64,000 nt of DNA, from contig NC_081363.1 of assembly GCF_030684315.1 (NCBI RefSeq), positions 15,998,116 through 16,062,115 on the forward strand, read 5' to 3'. Of the stretch, positions 25,901 to 37,200 are shown in pieces (positions within the stretch are counted from its first letter, which is position 1; the number at the start of each line of letters is the position of its first letter). A model generated the notes under the pieces. The model saw only the letters and a program-made list of their open reading frames with translations. It was not told the origin of the DNA and made no database searches. The position numbers were made by a program, and so were the translations under genes. Source of the DNA: Stegostoma tigrinum. Taxonomy: Eukaryota.

Positions 25901-28900
25901 CCTTGTCTATTCACCCTATCGTTGCCCCCCCTGATTTTATAAACTCTATGAGGCCACCTTTCAACCGCCAGCACTCCAGGAAAAATAACCCCAGCCCATT
26001 ACAGCCTCTCCCTATAGCGCAAACCCTCCAGACCTGCTAGCATCCTTGTTTATCTTTTCTGAACTCTTTCAAATTTCACAACATTCCTCTACAGCAGGGT
26101 GACCAAAATTGCACGCGGTATTCCAACAGTAGCCCAAATAATGTCCTGTACGGCCGCAAATGACCTCCCAACTCCTAAGAGACATCTTGAGGTTGGTTGG
26201 CTCGCTGAGCTGGTTTGTTGTTCCGCAGACATTTCGTTACCGTGCTTGGTAACATCCTCAGTGCAGCCTCTAATGAAGCATCAGTGTGTTTTCCTGCCTG
26301 GTTTTTAAACTCTGGGGTCCATTGCGATGGATTGCCTCACTTCTGGGTTTCCTCCGTAGTGGAACGTATGTGGGGTCGAGTTCAATGTGTTTATCGATAG
26401 CGTACTTTGTGGAGTGCCATGCTTCCAGGAATTCTCGTGCTTGTCTCTGCCCAGCCTGTCCCAGGATCTTGGTGTTGTCCCAGTCAAAGCCGTGGTTCCC
26501 CTTATCTATGTGGATTGAGATGAGTGAGTATTGGTCCTGACTTTTTGTAGCCGGTTGGTGTTCATGAACTCTTGTCATTAGTTTCCTTCCTCTTTGTCCA
26601 ATATAGTGTTTCATGTAGTCTCTGCAGGGGATCTTGTAGATGACACAGGTGCTGTCCATGGCGGGGAGTGGGTCTTTAGTTCAGTTGAGTACTTTTCGTA
26701 GTGTTGATGTGGGTTTGAGTGCCACTCTGATGTCCAGCGGTCTTGTGATGAGTTCTGATAAGTTCCTGATGTAGGGTAGTGTGATGAGTGTGTCGGGGCG
26801 TGTAGAATCTTTCTGATGCTGTTCCTGTAGGCATCTCCTGACCCAGTTCTTTGGATATCCATTATCCTTGAACATTTAGAAGAGGTATTCCTCCACCCCT
26901 TGGCGTGGGTCCATGGTGCTGCAGTGCGTTGTCACCCTTTTAAATAGTGTCTGCATGCACATGCACGAGAATTTCTAGAAGCATGGCATTCCCTCCGGAA
27001 CTCCATCAACAAACATTGATTTGGAGCCAATCTACCATCCCCTGAGAAAAAGAACAGGAAATGACATCACCAACCCAAGGAAACCTAACCAGATAAATAG
27101 AAAGCGGGACATAACACCAGCGCTTTGTCAGAGGCTCACTGATGAGGTTACCTAGAATGGTGATGAAACGTCTGAAAACTAACCTTCCAGCTCAGCGAGC
27201 AAACTCACATCCAGTGTCTGCATGCAGCTTCATTTGTATGTGCTGGGATGGTTACTGTTGAAGTTCAATATCTGGTCTATGTGAGTGGCTTTTCAGTGTA
27301 CTTTGTTTTGCAGTTTCCCATTTGTCTTGTGCTCTACCATGACGTTGAGGAATGGGAGTTGTTTGCTCTTCTCCTCCTCTCTGGTGAATTTTATTCCAGT
27401 GAGGGTGTTGTTTATGAGTTTGTGTGTCTCTTCTAATTTGGTCCATTTAATGATGACAAAGGTGTCGTCTAGTGATGTTCATACTATGGAAACCACCCTG
27501 TGGTTTTTCCAAAGAGAAATGGGACCTAGACACAAACCAATGTCAAAATGAAACCAGGCAACTTCAAAACTACCTGCACACACTGGAACAAATATTTCCT
27601 GGCACTTCCACAAGTTCTTTTGAAAGACAACTGATGTCAGGCTGCTGTCTCCTTTTCTCCCTCTGAAGAGTTGGCAATGGGTTGGCACAGAAACAGCCGC
27701 AGTAAGAAATCAATAACTGTAATATACAGTTGGATTGCAGCCATTTAAGAATGAGGACCAACATCACCTGCTCGAGGGAAACTACTGATGGGCAACAAAT
27801 GCTAGTCAAGTCAGAGATGCCCACACCCCATGAGTGAATTTATAATAAAGCACCGTGACTGCAACAAGAAACAAACCAATCTCACTGCTCAATGACAACC
27901 AAAGAACTCTAAACGATATATTATTTTATCATAAAATAAAACATTGAACTGCAGCTGTTGGAAATCTGAAACAAAAACAAAACTGCTGAAGAAACTCAAC
28001 AGATCTGGCAGCATCTGTGGCGAGAAATCACAGTTACCATTTCAGGTCCAGTGACCATCCTTCAGTTCTGAAAGATCACTGGACCTGAAATGTCAACTTT
28101 GTTTTCCCTCCACAAATGCTGCCAGAGCTACTGAATTGCTCCAGCAATTTTTGTTTTGGTATTATTTTTATCCTCCTTTGCCTTGGACCTTATTCGCGTC
28201 TAATTTTATACTTGCTTGAGTACAAGTGTCTGCACGAACCGTACATGCACGATGTAGAAATTAGTCTTTAACTCTGGTAACAGTTCATAAATTTGCTTTG
28301 CTTGACTCAAGAAAAGCTTGATTATTTGCTCATTAAATCACATTTTAATTGGCAAGTTCTGACTGCTAAAAGGAATCAAAGGGCAAGGGGAGAAATTAGG
28401 AGCAGGGTACTTAGCTGAGCGATCCAGAGATGAGCAGCTAAAGTGGATTGGCCAAGCTAAATTGTCTGTAATGTCCAGGCAGTTACAAGGATAGGGTGGG
28501 AAGCCAACTCACTCCTACTCAGATAATAGGAACTGCAGATACTGGAGAATCTGAGATAACAAAGTGTAAAGCTGGATGAACACAGCAGGCCAAACAGCAT
28601 CTTAAGAGCAGAACACCCCTCATTAAGTTGTAACAGCACAGGCCCACTTACAGCTGGGCGAATATACATGGTGGCAGGCCGAGGCCTTTAAGAATACCAC
28701 GTACAATTCTGGTCACCTTTCGAGATAAAGGATATTGTTAAACTTGAGAGGGTGTGGATGTTGCGAGGGCTGGAGGGCTTGAGCTGTAGGGAAAGGCTGA
28801 ATAAGCTGGGGTATTTCTTCCCTGAAATGGAGTCTGAGGAGTGACCCTTATAGAGGTTTATAAAATTATGAGGTGCATGGGTAGGGTGAATAGCCAAGGA

Positions 28901-29787
28901 TTTTTTTTAAAAGCCTAGAGTAGGGGAGTCCAAAACTAACTAGCATAGGTTTAAGGTGAGAGGGGAAACATTTAAGGGAACCCAATGGGCAAGTTTTTCA
29001 TGCAGAGGACGGTGTGTTTATGGAATCAGCTGCCACAGAAAGAGGTGGAGGTGGGTGTAAATACAACATTTAGAAGGCATATGAATAGGATTAGTATGTG
29101 GGGGTGGGGGGAGAGGATATGGGCCAAACGCTAGCAAACAGGACTAGGTCAGATTGGGACGCCTGGCCAGCATCAAAAGGGTCCGTTTCAGTCATGCGTG
29201 GCAATGTTGCAGACCTCAGGCGGAAGGATGCCTGGCAAGAAAGTTGCATACAGGAACCGAGGCGGCAGTAGAGGAGGGGTTGAAGTTTAGACATGTTACT
29301 GGACCCAACGGATTTGGTTTTTTTTTCAGATCCATCAATTCCACTCCCCAGCATAGGGAGTTTCTCTTGCGTTGTTTTTTTTAAATTTCCACTACCCTCT
29401 CTGCGGGTACTCGACGGCCGTCGAAGGTATGCACCTAGACGTTCACGGAAATGAAAGCCTACCGCCAGGTAATGTATTTCTCAGGTTCCTAGTGACAGGC
29501 CGTGCCTCCCTAGTGAATGTAACCCTTAAGGTGGGGGAAGGCCCTTCGCTGACAACGACAGCCCGCTTCTGGCGAGCAGTGAGTGGACTAACGGTCACAT
29601 CAAACTAACAACAGAAATTGCGAACACTTTTTTTTAAACCCAGTCAATGTCCCTACGACTTGCTTCAGAACTTATAATAATCGACAAATAACCTCGCATT
29701 TTTCACGGTTACTGCGGCTCACCTCCTCCGACAAAGGCAAACGGCAGCTGAAAGCAGGGCTTTTCGCAATGGCCCCGTCGCTATCAT
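10743..29787 (-). CDS. ISCA2: Iron-sulfur cluster assembly 2 homolog, mitochondrial (whole gene; 4 coding exons)
   Basis: complement(join(10743..10917,13406..13521,14127..14298,29723..29787)) = 528 nt, 175 aa plus stop. All introns are GT-AG with compatible phases (2,0,2). The protein has an Arg-rich N-terminal presequence, [17 protein letters not shown] and the C-terminal HGCSCGSSF motif of A-type Fe-S carriers. Head-to-head with NPC2, as in human. Confidence 0.95.
12813..12990. mobile_element. Short palindromic Penelope-pLTR element (ISCA2 intron 3)
   Basis: 13-bp TSD TGTAGGTATTTCT at 12800-12812 / 12991-13003. Confidence 0.85.
13406..13521 (-). CDS. ISCA2: ISCA2 coding exon 3 (RLRQI...[11 protein letters not shown]...DD)
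   Basis: TTACAG acceptor, AG|GTATAG donor, 116 nt, contains the first Fe-S ligand Cys. Confidence 0.95.
14127..14298 (-). CDS. ISCA2: ISCA2 coding exon 2 (RVPCL...VFLSDSCVK)
   Basis: Polypyrimidine tract plus AACAG acceptor; donor AAG|GTAAAG; 172 nt; ends in the conserved LSDSCVK. Confidence 0.88.
14371..15090. mobile_element. Penelope 3' fragment with inverted pLTR in ISCA2 intron 1
   Basis: 14371-14530 is the reverse complement of ~14905-15062; the central part encodes [23 protein letters not shown] (endonuclease C-terminus). Confidence 0.88.
18425..20400 (-). mobile_element. CR1-clade LINE remnant interrupted by SINEs
   Basis: RT motif [17 protein letters not shown]...[13 protein letters not shown] at 19943-20155; CR1 3' end near 18430. 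Confidence 0.88.
19347..19672 (+). mobile_element. Second tRNA-derived SINE family (other copies ~1455-1790 minus, ~11020-11310 plus, ~23060-23478 minus)
   Basis: TGGCCTAGTGG A-box, GGTTCAAATCC B-box, shared body, tail GGGAAATTAGGAATGGGCAATAAATGCTG shared with the second LINE family. Confidence 0.8.
21946..22172. mobile_element. Short palindromic Penelope-pLTR element (ISCA2 intron 1)
   Basis: About 90-bp near-perfect inverted arms; 15-bp TSD AGATCAGAAATCCCA at 21931-21945 / 22173-22187. Confidence 0.88.
23480..24515 (-). mobile_element. CR1-clade LINE remnant
   Basis: Degenerate similarity to the other CR1 copies in the window. Confidence 0.7.
24520..25570 (-). mobile_element. Decayed pogo/Tigger-type DNA transposase fragment
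   Basis: Minus-strand translation [29 protein letters not shown]...[11 protein letters not shown] resembles Tigger DDE transposases; stops and frameshifts; termini not located. Confidence 0.75.
25585..26175 (-). mobile_element. CR1-clade LINE 3' remnant
   Basis: Reverse-complement similarity to 35570-36097 and 28690-29190. Confidence 0.8.
26225..26264 (-). ncRNA. Minimal hammerhead ribozyme motif (third Penelope family)
   Basis: GCA-CUGAGGA-U-GUUACC-AAGCAC-GGUAAC-GAAAU-GUC-UGC; perfect 6-bp stem II; the ACGU palindrome is altered by probable CpG decay. Confidence 0.65.
26960..27212 (+). mobile_element. Second-family Penelope 3' fragment nested in the element above
   Basis: 14-bp TSD AGTGTCTGCATGCA (26946-26959 / 27213-27226); near-identical to the reverse complement of 40820-41065. 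Confidence 0.88.
27136..27175 (+). ncRNA. Minimal hammerhead ribozyme motif (second Penelope family)
   Basis: UCA-CUGAUGA-G-GUUACC-UAGAAU-GGUGAU-GAAAC-GUC-UGA; stem I UCA/UGA, 6-bp stem II. Confidence 0.72.
27945..28158. mobile_element. Palindromic pLTR element of another Penelope subfamily (related copies near 20640, 23170, 31580, 31790, 36135-36380, 49570, 54520)
   Basis: Inverted arms of the AAACAGAAATTGCTGGA...CAGCAGGTCTGGCAGCATCTG type around a GGGTCACCGGACCCGAAACGTT-like core. Confidence 0.75.
28690..29190 (+). mobile_element. CR1-clade LINE 3' remnant
   Basis: CAATTCTGGTCACC...GAGGTTTATAAAATTATGAG...CR1 tail. Similar remnants at ~2650-2990, 4500-4890, 38010-38610, 41340-42960, 43380-47350 (interrupted), 51090-51430, 56380-57330, 57740-58490 and 61160-61420. 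Confidence 0.78.
29723..29787 (-). CDS. ISCA2: ISCA2 coding exon 1 ([21 protein letters not shown])
   Basis: ATG at 29787 in a CpG island with A at -3; donor AG|GTGAG at 29722; 65 nt, phase 2 fits exon 2; transit-peptide-like sequence. Confidence 0.8.
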
Positions 29788-31179
29788 TTTAGCCTCGGTA
29801 ACCACGACGCCCCTCAACCGTCTCACCGCGTACCGCCCCTGTGCACTCCCATTGGTCCGGATTGCCGCACGCCCTCACGGTCCGTCACTCCCATTGGTCA
29901 GATGGTACGTCCGTCAAAACAAGCGGCGCCTCACCCACCTCCGCTGACCCCCATTGCGATTGGTGCATAATGAGACTGCGTCACAGGCGGCTGGTTCATC
30001 CTGCAGCCGTGATTGGCTCCCTCCAGTGTCAATCACATCGACCCCCGGGCGAGAGTCGGATGAAAATTCAGGGAAAAGTTCTGATTTTTTTTTTAGGACC
30101 AAGTGATATAAAGGCTCGGATGTCGGAATGGGTTTGGGTTCACAAGGTGGCCTTGTGACCGTCGTGAGGCGCGCCTCCAGCTCACCGACGCACGACGGCA
30201 GCTGGAAGGGAGGGAGGGAGGGAGGTGGATGGGTGAAGGGCCCCGCCTCAGGGCGGGATCTTTTCCACTACATCATTCCGCCCCCCTCCCCCACCTTTCC
30301 AATTCCCGTCTGCTGGCAGCCAGGTTATTGGTACCCAGCTGTCTGCCTTCCCCGGGCGTGGGCAACATCTCCCCCCCCCCACCCCCCATAAGGGTATCCT
30401 TTTCTCAAAGTCATCCTGGATGAGGGAGGTCATTCCTCCCCTTAGGGTACCCTCTTCTCAATGAGTCCTGGGGGCGGGGGTACAGTCAGTGATAATATCT
30501 CCCATCAGCGTGTCCTCTCTCCAATGTCCCTTGGATAGAGGGGCGGTCATTAATAACGCACACAGCCCTTCACATAACCTCTTTTCACTGTCTCCTGGAT
30601 TGGATGGGGGAGAGGCAGTTATTAATAACACCCTCTCCCCTTAATGTCTCGGGGGTAGGGGTAGGGGTGGGGGTGGTCATTAATAACTCCCTCTCCCCTT
30701 CGGGTATCCTCTTCTCAATGTCTCTTGGGAGGGGTACGAGGAGTCATTGATAACATCTGCTCAGTGTCTCCTAGCAGAGGGGGAGTCAATGATATCACTT
30801 CATCCACTCCCCTAAGGGTGTTTCCTCTATGCCGCAAGCTGGGGTATCATTGACAACACCCCCATCCCTCAGGGTGTCTTGTCCTCACACTCCTCCGGGG
30901 TGGTGGAGTTCGGAGGTGACATTGGGTCCCGCCAACTTTGCTGACCCATTGGTGCGTTGGGAGTCATTAACAGCATTCCTCTCCCCAACCTCCTGGTGAG
31001 GGTGGGAGGGATTTGATGAGTCCGCCCCCAGTGAGGGGATAGGGATGGTGACCGTGTCCGTGTGCTGCTGCCTTTAAAGCAGGTTGGCCGGCCGGAGCTC
31101 TCTGTCCAGCGTCTGTACTCCGCCCCTCCGGCTCAGCTTATCCTCACAGCCCCTTTTTCGCCTCTCTCGACCCGGCAGG
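29788..31179. promoter_or_regulatory. CpG-island bidirectional promoter shared by ISCA2 and NPC2-A
   Basis: The two ATGs diverge about 1.39 kb apart. CpG-rich flanks; several CCAAT boxes (ATTGG near 29851, 29893, 29959, 30012); GC boxes near 30240-30285 and 31020. Confidence 0.8.
30360..30995. repeat. Degenerate ~60-bp minisatellite (~10 units) inside the bidirectional promoter
   Basis: Recurring GTCATTRATAAC...CTCCCCTTAGGGTATCCTCTTCTCAATGTCTCCTGG...GGGG, with anchors near 30429, 30485, 30546, 30618, 30676, 30743, 30785, 30846 and 30963. Confidence 0.8.
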
Positions 31180-31264
31180 ATGGAGATCGTGTGTCGGCTG
31201 TTGGCAGCCCTCATAACCCTGGGGACTCTGTGCGGTGCTGAGACCGTGAAGTTTCACGAGTGCG
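31180..31264 (+). CDS. NPC2: NPC2-A exon 1 (signal peptide; MEIVCRLL...VKFHEC)
   Basis: AGGATGG start context; G|GTGAGT donor; 85 nt. Confidence 0.93.
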
Positions 31265-34200
31265 GTGAGTGAAAAAACATCGTTTCTTTCTCAGGGAGGA
31301 GAAATATTAGACTTAGACTTAGAATCCCTACAGTGTGGATTTATTTTTTAAAACGTGTTAGAAAATGTTAATTTTCCCAAAAAACCAAACTATTCCGAAG
31401 ATCTAAAGGGAATTAAAAAAAACTTCTTGAACTTTTTATTTTACAAATTCCAAGTGACCTGATGCGAAAACTCTTCAGCTTCAACTCTTAATCTGATGCC
31501 CTTTACAGGCTATAGGTTTTTTTTAATAAAGAGTTTGATTTCAGACGATCGGAAGAGCTTTTCCATAAAAACTGAAAGCTCTAAGGGTCGGTCACCAGAC
31601 CCGAAACGTTAACTCTGATTTCTCTGCACAAACGCTACCAGACGTGCTGAGTTTTTCCAGCAATTTCTGCGTTTGTTCCAGGAGAATTTCTCATCCTTGA
31701 GGTAACGGGACCGGCAGAAATGCTAATCGAAAAAGTAAATGGGACATTTCCTTTTTATTAACAGAACGTATCAGAGTAAGTAATGCTCGTACAACAAAGA
31801 ACTGCAGGTGCTGAAAAATCTGAAACAAAAATTGCTGGAGAAACCCAGCAGGTTCTGACAGCATCTTACGAGAAAGCTTTGTTAACCCTTGAGGGTTACT
31901 GGACTCAAAGTCTTAACTTTGGATCCAGCAGTTTCTGGTTTTGTTTGACTGTAGCTAGGAGTAGCATGTATAGCTCGGGAACGGGTATTGCACGGAGGAT
32001 GTGATTACCCTAGAAAATGTGTAAAGGAAACTTTATGATTTTGCCAAGCATATGAAATCATACAATCCAACTAAAGGTTGGACAGTCGGGGTTTGTTTTC
32101 TTATGATGAGGGGCTGAAGGGACATTTTAAAGGAGGTGTCAACACTAATGGATAGCAAGTGTGAAGAGCCTATTTCTAAAAGCAGAAATGTCAAAGAGAA
32201 GATTCAAATTAATTGACGATAGAAATTATTCATTCAGGATTATGAAGATCTTAAGCTCACTACCTGAAATAATGAGAAAGAAACCCTCGAACATTTTTTT
32301 AAAAATTGAATGGAGATGCACTTGATGCCATGTAATCTAGAGTAATCGATGTGGAAGATGAAATGAGGTGAAACTTAAGCTTTTGAAAGTGTATTTAAAA
32401 ATTGAGCTTTGTGAGGAAGAATAATGTGATGTTATTATTTCTACTTAACATCATATGCTTAGCTGCACTGGCATAATATTTCCAGCATTTTACATTTTGA
32501 CATTTCACTGCTTCATTGTTTTTTTAATGATTTGAACAATTCTGTGGCACCTGTATTGCCCTGTTATGAGTAAGTTATATGATGTGACTACTTCTGCGGT
32601 TATGTATTGTGTCCATCATTGACTCTGTCGGGGAAGATAATGTTTCTATGTAGGATTGCATATTGTTTCTACAGATGATATGGGTTTTACTCTCTAACCT
32701 CAAAATATTGTCTATTTGTGACTGAGTCCTCTAACAACAAAAGTCAAAGATACCATTGCACTAGCTGCACACTTTGACTCAGAATGTCTGAACTTCTTGT
32801 TAAATTACTATGATTAGAATATTAGCCTTACTTTCACTTATCAGCACTTATTTTCCACCCCTAATTGCCCAGAACTTAACATTCAACTGTTGCAGCCCAT
32901 GTATTGTAGGCATACCCAAAGTGGTGTTGTGGAGTTTGTTTTTTGACTCAGTCACATGAAGAAACTGTATTTGAAATCTTTAAATAAGACAGTGATTGTT
33001 CCAAGTCAGGATGGTGTGTGGCTTGGAGTGGAAACTGCAGATAATGTGTTCTATGTATCTGTTACTCTTGTTTTTCTTGGTCATAGATGTCGCTGGTTTG
33101 GAACATACTGTCTAAATGGCATGCCGTGTTGATTGTACACACTGCTGTGTGTTGGTGGTGGAGAGAGGGATTGTTAGTTCGGGTGCCAATCAAGCAAGTG
33201 CTTTGTTCTGGATTGTCGCATCAGAACTGAGCAAATCTAGGCAAGTGGGAAATCATCCAGGAAGATGAGTTACTTGCTGCAGGATTCCTAACCTCTGGCC
33301 CACTTGATCTACATTCTGTGTTCTCATAGCCACCAGTGTTCAAATGGCTAACCCAGTCCAGCTTCTGATCAGTAGTTAACCCAGGATGTTGATAGGTGAT
33401 TCGCAATGGTAATGCCGAGGGGTGGTGATAGGATTCTTTCTTCTTGGTTATCCTCATTCCCAGACACTTGTGTGCTGCAGATGTTACTTACCTGTAATCG
33501 CCCAAAGCCTCTGTCGTCCTTGTCTTACTGCATGCAGACATATACTCTTCAGTTTCTGAGGTGTTACAAATGTTACTAATCATTTGTGCAACCATCAACA
33601 AACCTCTCCACCTCTGACTCCATAATGGCGGGAAGGTCAGTGAAGAGGGTTGGGCCTAGGGCACTACCTGGAGGACCTCCTGCAGTGTTGACCTGTAGCT
33701 GAGCTGATGCATCTCTGCCAATCACGACCTTCTTTTGCACTAGGTACAACTCCCACAGCAAAGAGTTTTACTCCGGTCCCATTCACTCCAGTTTTGCAAG
33801 GGGTCCTTGATGTCACATTCAGTTAAGTGTTATCTTAATGTTCAAGACAGTCACTCTTACTTTCCCCCAGAGTTCTACACTTTTGTTCATGTTTTGACCA
33901 AGGCTGTAAAAAGCCAGGAGTCAAGTAAGCCTGACAGATTCAAACTGAGTAACAATGAGCAGGTTAATGTTGAATAAGTGGCACTTGTTAGCATTATTGA
34001 TGACATCTCATCATTTCTGTCAATGCATTATAGTATATTTTAAGCTATTTTCTTCTCTCCTATTCCAGCACCCATATTTTCCATAAGACTTGTGGAGATA
34101 ATCACTTATGTTGAGCATTGTATTATGGATTCTTTGTATTAGATAACCACAAACAGCTTGTACAAATGCTAGATTGCTGTGCTCTGTTTAAACAGACTGT

Positions 34201-37200
34201 GATTGTTATTAATGAAGTGGCTGCATTGAAAGTCTTCATGTATGCTTGGCAGAACTTTAATTTGAAAATATGTCCAACCACAAAGCTAAATCCTTTTTTT
34301 TCCCCACCCCTCTCCTATTTTCATAAAAGCTTAATCTTCAGATTGTTTTTTTTTGCTGATGTACCTAAACAGAAAAAAGATCTACCAGCCATCTGATTTA
34401 ACAAAAAGCTGATGGACTTTGAACACTGGTATTTTGCTAGTAAGCACAACATTTGTTTCACACTGATTATAGTCCACTAAGCAATGGCACTGAAATTGTT
34501 CTAGATTTTGAAAAGATTTAAAAACCAGAAGTTTCCTGTATTCCTGTCTGCTCAGAACTCTTAGCACCCCCTGTGTGAAAGGGTGCCCATTGTCAAGAAT
34601 CTCCAGTTTATCTACTCGAAACCTTGTGAAATATTGAATATGAATTACCTGGAGCTGACTTTGTGGATTTTACTAGTTACTAGCTCCTGGAAAAGGCCTA
34701 TTTTGATTAAATCAGATGTCTAAACTATTAGTTCCTGTATCTCATGTTACACCATGACCTATATGTTGATGCGCTAAGCATTTTTTCCATACAACTTATG
34801 ACATTGACTCACCCTTGTATTATAGGATCTACAGTTGGAAAAATTCTGACAGTGGAAATAACGCCCTGCCCCACTCTCCCATGTATACTTCGCAAAGGAC
34901 AGACATCTGCTGTGAATGTCACCTTCATCAGCAGTAAGTGTTTTTCTAAATTTAACATTGCAAAAGAAAATTTCCAGTGTATAGGTTCTTGCTTTGTTGG
35001 AAAAGTTATCTTGAAATGCCTGGTAAAAGTGTTCAACAAGTTGCGTGGAGAAACTTTGGCCAATTGGATATAAAATTGGCTTTGACGGTAGGAGACAGAC
35101 GGTGGTGGTAGAGGGTTGTTGTTCAGCTGGAGACCTTTGACCAGCGATGTGATACACTGGGTCCGTTGTTGTTTGTCAATTTATATAAATTGATTTGAAT
35201 GAGAATACAAGAAGTATAGCTCGTAAGATTGCAGATGACACCAAAATTCATGGTATGATGGACAATGAAACAGATTGTCTGAATATACCATGTGATCTTC
35301 ATCAGCTGGACTAATGGGCTGATGAATGACACATGGAGTGTAATTTAGATAAATGTGAGGCATTGCATTTTGGTAATATAAACCAGGGCAAGACATGCTT
35401 AGTTAGTGATAGGGCCGGGGTTGAGGGATGCCTGTTGTCAACAAAGAGACCTAGGGTGCGGGTACATAGCTTCTTGAAAGTGGTGTCACAGGTAGACAGT
35501 TTGTAAAGAAGGTGTTTGGCACGTTTGCCTTCGTTGGACAGACCATTAAGTATCAGAGTTGGAAAATCATGTTGCAGCTGTACAAGATATTGGTGAGGTC
35601 ACGTTTGGATTAGTGCAGTTCTGGTTGACCCATCATAGGAAGGATGTTATTAAATTGGAAAGGGTGCAGAAAGAATACCACTAAGACTAGAAGGTTTAAG
35701 TTATCAGGAAAGGCTGGGACTATTGTCCCTGGAGCATTGGAGGTTGAGGGGTGACGTTACAGAGGTTTACAAAATCATGAGACATAAATGAAGTGAATAG
35801 CCAACGTCTTTTCCCCAGGGTAGGGGAGTCCAAAACTAGAGGGCATAAGTTTTTAAGGTGAGAGAGGAAAGATTTTAAAGTGGAGGTGGGGACCAGCTTT
35901 TTAACACAAGATATATGGATTGAACTGCCAGAGGAAGTGATAGGTACAATTAAAGCATTTAAAAAAATATTTGGATATGTCCATGCATAGGAAAGTTCTA
36001 GAAGGATATGGGCCAAATGCAGGCAAATGGGACTAGTTAAGTTTAGCAAACATGAACGAGATGGACCGAAGGGTCTGTTTCCATGCTGTATGACTTCATG
36101 CCAAATATTTAAATGAACGTATCTTACATAGTAAATAAAAACCAAAAGAACTCTGGATGCTGGAAATCAGGAGTGAAAACAGAAATTGCTGGAAATGCTC
36201 AGCAGGTCTGGTAGCATCTGTAAAGAAAAAAAAGTCAGTTAACGTTATGGGTCCGATGACCCTCCCTAATAACCCTTCTGAAAATGGGTCACCGGACCTG
36301 AAACGTTAACTCTGACTTTTTTTTCTTCACAGATGCTGCCAGACATGCTGACCGTTTCCAGCAATTTGTTTTCATTCCTGATGTATTATATAGTAATCTG
36401 CTATTTTTGCTTTGAAGTTTACTTCCATAATGTGGAAGGATTATGCAAGTTCCACAAGGATTTCTAATTTAAATTTTCCCATTTGAGAACCACTCGCTAG
36501 ATTTGTAGATTTTGTCAAAGAAACTGGAAATGCTTCAAATAACTAATGTATTAAATTGTTTTCTTTACTGAAGAGCCTTTTATAATACCTTTAGTACATG
36601 AACCACATAAGTAAATTTCAGATTTAACACTTACAAAATGCATGTGGTTATTCAGATTTGACAAAATTCTGAACACGTTGCGCATAATATTTATTCTACA
36701 CACAATATGACCCTGAATGTGTCAAGGAAAATACAACTCCCATTCATATACCAGCTATAGAGATGTAGGAGAAGCTTCTGGAATATGCAAGCACCTCAAA
36801 ATTTAGAAGTAAGACAAAAATAAGTAATTATCTGAAAAATACTGGAGAAAGAAGTCAGTATGCAACGTTTTATAATTAAATTAATTGATGATACTGGATT
36901 GAATGAACCCCTAAGTTTAAGCTCTAAGGGTCCAAATAATACACCCCTGATAAATGGTGAATATTGCCTAGAGCGAGAATGGTTGTTCTTATTTTTGAAA
37001 GCAAGGAATTTTGATCTGCATCTAGACTCTGCTGGAGCAAACTTTTTTGTGGTTCTTAATTTTAAAGCACTGGGAAGTGCAAGACACTGACTCATGCTTT
37101 TCCTGATGTCTTTGTTTTGTGTGTTTCCTTCAAGATTCCAAAATGGCAAAGAATGAGATGATAGGTGTGATCCTGCTCCTAAATTGTTCAGAGGATCATA

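Larger units (their letters stand above)
26186..27468 (-). mobile_element. Penelope-like element (Poseidon-type), decayed 3' part
   Basis: GIY-YIG remnant VIYKIPC...[16 protein letters not shown]...REFLEAW and RT C-terminal/linker remnants ([11 protein letters not shown]; [13 protein letters not shown]), with frameshifts. Confidence 0.88.
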
